Below are positions 57,889-64,000 of a stretch of 64,000 nt of DNA, piece by piece. Source of the DNA: Patescibacteria group bacterium (GTDB lineage: Bacteria; Patescibacteriota; Dojkabacteria; J137); NCBI GenBank assembly GCA_963169855.1, contig CAUJCN010000001.1:175645-239644 (forward strand), given 5' to 3'. The position numbers were made by a program, and so were the translations under genes. The notes beneath the pieces were generated by a model. That model saw only the letters and a list, made by a program, of their open reading frames with translations, had not been told where the DNA came from and did no database searches. The stretch's first letter is position 1. Each line of letters opens with the position of its first letter.

Positions 57889-57966
57889 GGACTAAGATCT
57901 TCTTTAATTCGGCTGCATTTCATTTGCCTCATTAAGAATCTCTTGAGCAGCTGAGCTAACTGCCCA
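57889..57966 (-). repeat. 78-bp tRNA-upstream repeat B, ending in a copy of tRNA-Val(UAC) nt 1-19
   Basis: same 70-bp core as repeat A, then CAGCTGAGCTAACTGCCCA identical to the 5' end of the tRNA-Val. Confidence 0.8.
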
Positions 57967-58045
57967 TTTTGGGCTATCCCAAGATCAAATGATTAACTTG
58001 GTCTTGAGATTATAGCCGAAAATTCAAAATTCTTAAAGTACTAAT

Positions 58046-58699
58046 TTATTTCAATCTGAAACTCTTTACAATATCTTCCATCTCTTCTAACTCAGCTCTC
58101 TGTGGATTAGTTGTTAGAGTTAAATAGTACATTTTTCTTCCTTGTTCGTCAGGGAAAATGAATTGTTTCTGCAACAAAGCCACTCCATCTAGAACTCCAT
58201 TCCATTCAGTAACACAAACAATCACTCCGTTAATTCTCTGAACTGTTGCGGACCAATCTTCTAAAGAGTCATAGTAAGGTTGAAGTTCGTTAATGCTTGC
58301 ATCAACTAAATCGCTACATACTGATGCAGAAAATTCTAAGTAATCCTCAGAAGTAATCAAATTTAAATTTGGAACAAAATCTCCTTCTTCTATAGTTGCT
58401 GGATCTTGAGAGAAGATAAAGGTTATATCTTCGCTGCTTTCGTCAATGAAAAAATTTTCAGGAATAGCCATTCCGATATCAGAAGAATATTTTCCAGTGT
58501 ATGTGGATTCTTTATTATTTCCTACATCTTGATTAGAATCGTCAACTTTCTTACAAGCACCTTCAGATGGTGAAGTTAAAAGACCTCTAAATTTACATTC
58601 ATTATTAACTTCGATGTATCCAAACAATCCGAATCCCACAATTCCTAAAACTAAGAAACATCCAAAACACCCTAATACTATTAATATTGCTTTTTTCAT
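58046..58699 (-). CDS. secreted hypothetical protein
   Basis: 217 aa, N-terminal signal/TM. Confidence 0.45.
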   Translation of the reverse strand: MKKAILIVLGCFGCFLVLGIVGFGLFGYIEVNNECKFRGLLTSPSEGACKKVDDSNQDVGNNKESTYTGKYSSDIGMAIPENFFIDESSEDITFIFSQDPATIEEGDFVPNLNLITSEDYLEFSASVCSDLVDASINELQPYYDSLEDWSATVQRINGVIVCVTEWNGVLDGVALLQKQFIFPDEQGRKMYYLTLTTNPQRAELEEMEDIVKSFRLK

Positions 58700-58845
58700 T
58701 ATTATTTTTTAACTAAACAGATAATACACTAACATTGAGCGTAAAGGAAATTCGAGATCGAAATAAATGTGAATACAGATCAAAAGATCAAACACTCTCG
58801 TAAGAATAGAATCCATTTTAAATAGAGAAATGATAGAATAGGTTC

Positions 58846-60648
58846 ATGGGAAAGATTAAGAAACTCAGCACAGAACTAATCAATTTGATTGCAGCAGGAG
58901 AAGTTGTAGAACGACCAGCATCTGCTCTAAAAGAGTTAATGGAAAATGCGATTGACGCAGGATCGTCTAAAGTTATTGTAAACATCGAAGAATTTGGAAC
59001 AAAGCTAATTGAGGTTATCGATAACGGATCTGGTATGGATAACGACGATGCAATTAATGCATTTATTCAACACGCAACCTCCAAGATCTCAGATAAAACC
59101 GACTTGCTAAAAATTTCTTCTTTTGGATTTAGAGGAGAGGCACTTGCAAGCATCTCTCAAGTTTCCGAGGAGACGATCATCGAGACTCAGCAAGCCGAAG
59201 CTTCTACAGGCACTATAGCTCGATTTCGATCAGGAGAAACAACAACCGAACAGAAATACGTAAAAGAGCAGGGAACAACGATAAAGGTTAAAAATCTATT
59301 CAAGAATTTTCCTGCAAGATTAAAGTTTCTGAAATCCGCTTCGACGGAAAACAAATACCTCGAAGAAATATTCAAAGGGATAGCATTCGCAAATCCCCAC
59401 ATTGAATTCGAGCTGAATATCGACAAGAAGAACGAATACAAACTTCCAGCGGCCAAGGACAAACTATCAAGAATTTACGACATCTGGGGAAAAGATTCCG
59501 CAGGCACTTTCTACCAAGAAGAATTTTACGATGGAACAACTATTCAGATTTCGCTAATTGCTGGGAAACCAGAACTTGCGAAGAAGGCGAATCCTTTGCA
59601 GATGATTTACGTCAACCAAAGGCCTATATCAAGCAAACTTATCCACGCGGCAGTCAACCAGGGCTACGAAGGTTCGATTCACAGAGAACTCAAACCAAAT
59701 TACGTAGTCTTAGTTCAGCTTGATCCGGAACTTGTGGATGTAAATATTCATCCTAGAAAAATGGAAGTTAAATTTGCCAACGAACAGGAAATTTTCAAAT
59801 TAGTTTACGGACTAACAAAGAAAACCTTAGAAAAACATGCGAGAAGTGCGATTTTCTCCGAACCTGTTCAGAGAGTACAGACTACCAACGATTTACCATT
59901 CAAAGTTTCAAACAATGCACCAAGTTTCAAAAGCGTTCCATCAACAGGTAGCTCGAAACCATTTTCTACAAAGGACGAGGCTATCAGCTTCTCAAAAATA
60001 CTCAGTGATTCAGTAAAAGATATTTCGTCAACGGGCGAAACTAGTTACCAGCAAGAGAATTTTAAGCCAATCCAGGTGTTCAGCACTTACATTGTTTTTC
60101 AAAAAGATAATCAGATTTTTATTGTGGACCAACATGCTGCGGCCGAAAAGATTCTGTTTGAGAAATTAGTTCGGGAATACACACAAGACAAACCTAGATC
60201 CAAACCGATTTTAGTTCCTCAAATAATCGAACTTAAAAAAGCAGATAAAGAAAAAGTTTTAGCACATACAGACCTTTGTGCCCGAATGGGACTAGTTTTA
60301 GACGACTTTGGAGGTAACTCAGTGAGAGTCACGGAAGTTCCAGAGTTACTCAAAGATTTCGATGCAGAAGGATTTCTAGACGAAATTATCGAAAGAGAAG
60401 AAGAACTAGTACCACTTAAAAATTTCAATAACGACTTTGATTTAACAGAAGATGAATATTATTTGATAGCCACTGCTGCTTGCCACGGAAGCATTAGGGC
60501 AGGGCAGACACTTTCAGAATACGAAATGGTAAATTTGTTAAGAACCATAGATTTTATCGATACAACTCAAAACTGCCCTCACGGCAGACCAATAGTAACA
60601 AAATTAAAACGAGAAGATATAGAAAAAAACTTTAAAAGAGTAATATGA
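58846..60648 (+). CDS. mutL: DNA mismatch repair protein MutL (endonuclease-type)
   Basis: GHKL motifs (ELMENAIDAG, DNGSGM, GFRGEAL) and C-terminal DQHAAAEKILFE endonuclease motif. Confidence 0.85.
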   Translation: MGKIKKLSTELINLIAAGEVVERPASALKELMENAIDAGSSKVIVNIEEFGTKLIEVIDNGSGMDNDDAINAFIQHATSKISDKTDLLKISSFGFRGEALASISQVSEETIIETQQAEASTGTIARFRSGETTTEQKYVKEQGTTIKVKNLFKNFPARLKFLKSASTENKYLEEIFKGIAFANPHIEFELNIDKKNEYKLPAAKDKLSRIYDIWGKDSAGTFYQEEFYDGTTIQISLIAGKPELAKKANPLQMIYVNQRPISSKLIHAAVNQGYEGSIHRELKPNYVVLVQLDPELVDVNIHPRKMEVKFANEQEIFKLVYGLTKKTLEKHARSAIFSEPVQRVQTTNDLPFKVSNNAPSFKSVPSTGSSKPFSTKDEAISFSKILSDSVKDISSTGETSYQQENFKPIQVFSTYIVFQKDNQIFIVDQHAAAEKILFEKLVREYTQDKPRSKPILVPQIIELKKADKEKVLAHTDLCARMGLVLDDFGGNSVRVTEVPELLKDFDAEGFLDEIIEREEELVPLKNFNNDFDLTEDEYYLIATAACHGSIRAGQTLSEYEMVNLLRTIDFIDTTQNCPHGRPIVTKLKREDIEKNFKRVI

Positions 60649-61130
60649 ACAGTCCAAGAAAAGCCATAATGATTGCGGTAGTAATAATCGCAACAGGCTT
60701 CTTGGCCTTTATAAGTTTCAATCGAACTTCCCAAAACGGTTTTACTCCAATTAGCCAAGCTATTTCTAAAATTCCAGTGAACATTAACGGTATAGAAATT
60801 GAAGCCGAAGTAGCTAGTACCGATGCAGAAAGAGCGACAGGCCTGATGAATAGAGAATTCTTACCCAGATATTCTGGTATGCTTTTCGTTTATGGCAGTG
60901 AAGCTCAAAGAACATTTTGGATGAAAAACACCTTGATTCCTTTGGACATAATATTCCTAAATTCGAATAAAGAAGTAGTCTCAATTTCATCCAATACTGT
61001 ACCCAACCAAACTGATAAACTTTATTACTCAAAGTTCCCCGCACAATTTATTTTAGAATTGAATGCAGGAATGGCCGAAGAGCTAGAAATCAATACAGGT
61101 AATGTTTTAGAGTTCGCTAACACTTTCTGA
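60645..61130 (+). CDS. DUF192 family protein
   Basis: ERATGLMNR...GMLFVYG...FWMKNTLIPLDIIFL signature; ATGA overlap with mutL stop. Confidence 0.55.
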   Translation: MNSPRKAIMIAVVIIATGFLAFISFNRTSQNGFTPISQAISKIPVNINGIEIEAEVASTDAERATGLMNREFLPRYSGMLFVYGSEAQRTFWMKNTLIPLDIIFLNSNKEVVSISSNTVPNQTDKLYYSKFPAQFILELNAGMAEELEINTGNVLEFANTF

Positions 61131-61236
61131 AATTTTCTTTCTAAAAGTGTTGACAAAACTTAATCTTGGATTTAGAATTATATTACTAAAGTTATACAAG
61201 TGGCTTTAGGAAGGTAAAAATAGTTAAAAGTGCAAT

Positions 61237-61270
61237 GAAAATTCCCCGTAAGGGGAATTTTCATTTGTGT
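61237..61270 (+). terminator. rho-independent terminator
   Basis: GAAAATTCCCC-gtaa-GGGGAATTTTC perfect 11-bp stem then TTTCATTTGTG. Confidence 0.6.
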
Positions 61271-61308
61271 CCGATCCAGTGTATAATAAACAAGTTTAAC
61301 ACTATACA

Positions 61309-61887
61309 ATGAGTTACTACGTCCCAACAGTTATTAAAAAGTCTCCAAGAGGAGAAAGAGTATACGATATTTACTCAATGCTTTTAGAATCTCGAATAAT
61401 CTTTGTAGGTTCAGGCATCAACGATGAAGTTGCAAACTCAGTTGTTGCACAATTATTGTTTTTAGCACAAGAAGATTCAGAAAAAGACATAGTTATGTAT
61501 GTGAATAGTCCAGGAGGATCTGTTTACGCAGGATTAGCAATTATCGACACAATGAATCATATTAAACCTGATGTAGCTACAATAGCAGTTGGATCTGCAG
61601 CTTCTATGGGAACAATGATTCTGACAAATGGAGCAAAAGGAAAGAGATTCGCTTTGAAGAACTCTACAGTTCATATTCATCAACCATTAGGTGGTGCAGA
61701 AGGACAAGCGAGTGACATCGCTATTACAGCAAAAGAAATTTTGAGAATAAAAGACATGCTTAAAAACATGTTGGTAGAGCAGACTGGGCAATCAGCAGAA
61801 AAAATCGAGAGAGATATGGATAGAGATTTCTTCATGACTGCAGAAGAAGCTAAGAATTACGGAATCATCGATAAAGTTATTGAATAA
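61309..61887 (+). CDS. clpP: ATP-dependent Clp protease proteolytic subunit
   Basis: catalytic triad context GSAASMG, IHQPLGG, DRD. Confidence 0.9.
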   Translation: MSYYVPTVIKKSPRGERVYDIYSMLLESRIIFVGSGINDEVANSVVAQLLFLAQEDSEKDIVMYVNSPGGSVYAGLAIIDTMNHIKPDVATIAVGSAASMGTMILTNGAKGKRFALKNSTVHIHQPLGGAEGQASDIAITAKEILRIKDMLKNMLVEQTGQSAEKIERDMDRDFFMTAEEAKNYGIIDKVIE

Positions 61888-62056
61888 AGGCATCCTAAAG
61901 GATGGAAGATTCAAGACCAAAGATAAGAAGATTAAAAAGAAAAAATTTACCAAGAAGATTCAAAATAAGATTAGGATTCTTCAATAGTTCTTTGTGCTTT
62001 GATCTTTTAATTTTTGATCTTGAAAAAATAATTTGAAAAATTATTATTTTCTAAGT

Positions 62057-62129
62057 GGGTAGCTAGCTCAACTGGTAGAGCATTTCTTTGACGTAGAAAA
62101 GGTTACAGGTTCGAGCCCTGTGTTACCCA
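62057..62129 (+). tRNA. tRNA-Val (GAC)
   Basis: acceptor GGGUAGC/GUUACCC, anticodon stem UUUCU/AGAAA, loop UUGACGU, T-loop UUCGAGC. Confidence 0.8.
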
Positions 62130-62179
62130 TTAAAGTAAAATATTAAGATCCAAGATTCGAAGATTCAAAAATAATAAAG

Positions 62180-62212
62180 TGTGATGGTGAGCGTTAGTCG
62201 AACCATTGACCT
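62180..62212. repeat. hairpin-family copy between tRNA-Val(GAC) and ThrRS-like gene
   Basis: reverse complement GGTCAATGGTTCGACTAACGCTCACCATCACAC. Confidence 0.6.
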
Positions 62213-62256
62213 TTATTTTAATCTTTTAGTCTTTTAAACTTTAAACTTTTTTGAAT

Positions 62257-63765
62257 ATGACTCCAATTACTGACGAAGCAAAACACTCAGCTGCTCACAT
62301 TTTAGCGCAAGCTGTACAAAGAGTTTACCCAAAAGTTAAGATCGGAATAGGACCAGTCACAAAAGATGGATTTTATTACGACTTTGATCTCGGAGATAAA
62401 AAGATTACTCCAGAAACAATCGATTTACCAGAAATTGAACAGGAGATTAAAAAGATAATTTTAGAAAATCTTCCATTCAAACAAGTAGTCATGCCAAAAG
62501 AAACTGCATTAAACTACATGCTTCAGATGGGTCAGATTTATAAATCAGAATTGATTAACGTAGTTCCCGACGATAGCATAAGCTTCTTTAAAACTGGAGA
62601 TGAATTTATAGATGTTTGCCGAGGACCTCATATCGCTTACACGGGAGATATTGGACCAATCATTCTTACCAAGGTTATTTCTACATTCTGGAACGAAGAC
62701 CCTAAAAGACCTCCAATGATCAGAATTTATGGGAAGACTTTTTACAACGAAGACGAGGTTTCTGACTACAGATCTAAAGAAGAGCAGAAGAGTAAAAAAA
62801 GTTATTTAAACACACTAAAGAACTTCGGAATGGCTTCGAAAGAAGGGAATATCAATATTCTTGGACTAAAGTACATTGAAAAAGTTTCTGATGATTTGAG
62901 CAAAAAGCTTGGAATCTACTCTAATCTAAGAACCGACATTTTCGGGATTCACGAAAATACCCAAAGTGTTCTTGCAGATCTCGAATCAAAAGCATTCACT
63001 ATTCAAAGAGCAAAGGAAAAATCACATTTGAAAACAGCAGGAAAGACTTTGATTAAAAACTTACCACTAAAAGATTCTTTAGAAGATCAAATTACTTATT
63101 TCCATGTAACTTATTGCAAGGAGCAAGATTTATTCTTAAACATTGGATTTATCGAAAACTTCTTAGACCAAGTCAATTTCGAAAATAATAATGTTACGGC
63201 AGAAATCGAATTCAACGACGCCGAAAATAGCGTTTTCCGAGCAATCTCTGGAATTTTGCAGAATAAATATATTTCTCACGACAGAGTTATTACGGAATCT
63301 AAAGAAATTTTAGTTAGAATCAACGTTCTTGATGAACTGGACAGGGAATGGAAACTTGCAGAAGTAAGGATTAGATTCAACGGGGATAAATCTATAATGC
63401 TGTTCACATTACCCTTATTAAACTATATTGCATTCCAAGTCGAAAGCAATCCAAGCTTCCCTAAATCTTATTATGATGTTTATCTAATTCCTACAGACAA
63501 GAAATTCGAATCATATTCATTTGAATTAGCAGACGAACTTTCTCAAAAAGGCTTTGTAACAAAGGTTTTGAAGAATACTAGCAGCTTAAAGAAGAGAATT
63601 CGAAAATCATACATCGATAGCGTTAAGTACACTTTATTGCTTGGAGCAAAGGAAGTTTCTAACAGCTCAATTTCTTTGAGAAGTATCGAAGAAGACATCG
63701 GATTAGTTAAGAATGAAGAGTTAATTTCATATCTAGAAAAATTAGACGAGCAGATCGGCAACTAA
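62257..63765 (+). CDS. ThrRS-like protein: N2 editing domain + catalytic-fold domain lacking class II motifs + anticodon-binding domain
   Basis: HSAAHILAQA and DVCRGPH (ThrRS editing site), C-terminal HGTP_anticodon-like region, middle region homologous to ThrRS core (DELDREWKLAEVRIRF vs DCLDRAWQCGTVQLDF) but without motif 2/3 Arg or Zn ligands; ORF track TTG start 62251. Confidence 0.65.
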   Translation: MTPITDEAKHSAAHILAQAVQRVYPKVKIGIGPVTKDGFYYDFDLGDKKITPETIDLPEIEQEIKKIILENLPFKQVVMPKETALNYMLQMGQIYKSELINVVPDDSISFFKTGDEFIDVCRGPHIAYTGDIGPIILTKVISTFWNEDPKRPPMIRIYGKTFYNEDEVSDYRSKEEQKSKKSYLNTLKNFGMASKEGNINILGLKYIEKVSDDLSKKLGIYSNLRTDIFGIHENTQSVLADLESKAFTIQRAKEKSHLKTAGKTLIKNLPLKDSLEDQITYFHVTYCKEQDLFLNIGFIENFLDQVNFENNNVTAEIEFNDAENSVFRAISGILQNKYISHDRVITESKEILVRINVLDELDREWKLAEVRIRFNGDKSIMLFTLPLLNYIAFQVESNPSFPKSYYDVYLIPTDKKFESYSFELADELSQKGFVTKVLKNTSSLKKRIRKSYIDSVKYTLLLGAKEVSNSSISLRSIEEDIGLVKNEELISYLEKLDEQIGN

Positions 63766-64000
63766 TGGAAAATACGAAAGTATTAGCTGACAAATCGAGC
63801 AAGCCACCTCTAAATGCAGAGGTAATGTTCAACACTGTTTTTAAGATTTCGAATCCCCCAACACAAAGCATGGTAAGTGAAACTGGATTTGTTGCTATGT
63901 TTACAGAAACAGAAACATTAGGCTTTCTGAAACCGTATCTTAAAAATGGTGCTACAGAAAACGACATCAGAGGAAAAAGACTCAAAGTTTCTTTCCTAGA
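63766..64000 (+). CDS. hypothetical protein, 3'-partial (runs off window)
   Basis: ATG overlapping the preceding stop (TAATGG), open to window end. Confidence 0.3.

Noticed and set aside
62251-62256. TTG start for the ThrRS-like gene, as listed in the ORF track
   Set aside because: An ATG follows two codons later (62257) and gives the typical N-terminus MTPITDEAKHSAAH.

Overview
The window is AT-rich (about 32-35% GC by eye) and densely coded by a small-genome bacterium. The gene content resembles an uncultivated Patescibacteria/CPR-type organism, but that is an inference, not a verified assignment. Recognisable housekeeping genes are: thyA (5'-partial), an archaeal-type proS, an nrdR-nrdA-nrdB operon with tandem NrdR boxes, a uvrC lacking its C-terminal HhH domain, an N-terminal uvrB fragment, an ATP-dependent DNA ligase, a short alaS without the C-Ala domain, nth, mutL, clpP, a P-type cation ATPase, a Dcm-type R-M pair, three tRNAs (Phe-GAA, Val-UAC, Val-GAC), and a ThrRS-like gene whose catalytic domain has lost its class II motifs. 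There are also many secreted or membrane hypothetical proteins. The most unusual structure is a dispersed family of short hairpin repeats (core ATGGTTCGACAGGCTCACCATGACA). Inverted copies of it flank a small GIY-YIG (COG2827-like) nuclease gene, solo copies sit in 5' leaders of proS, alaS and the ThrRS-like gene, and one copy lies inside the ligase CDS. A second GIY-YIG gene is flanked in the same way by a different hairpin family. This resembles the REP/RAYT arrangement, but with a GIY-YIG nuclease in place of an HUH transposase. Other notable features are: identical 78-bp repeats upstream of two adjacent tRNA genes, each ending in a copy of that tRNA's first 19 nt; a roughly 680-bp GC-rich island encoding a secreted four-cysteine protein; several GC-rich structured intergenic elements; and a long terminator/attenuator hairpin with a T-box-like motif in the proS leader. 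No CRISPR array, IS element or integrase was found.
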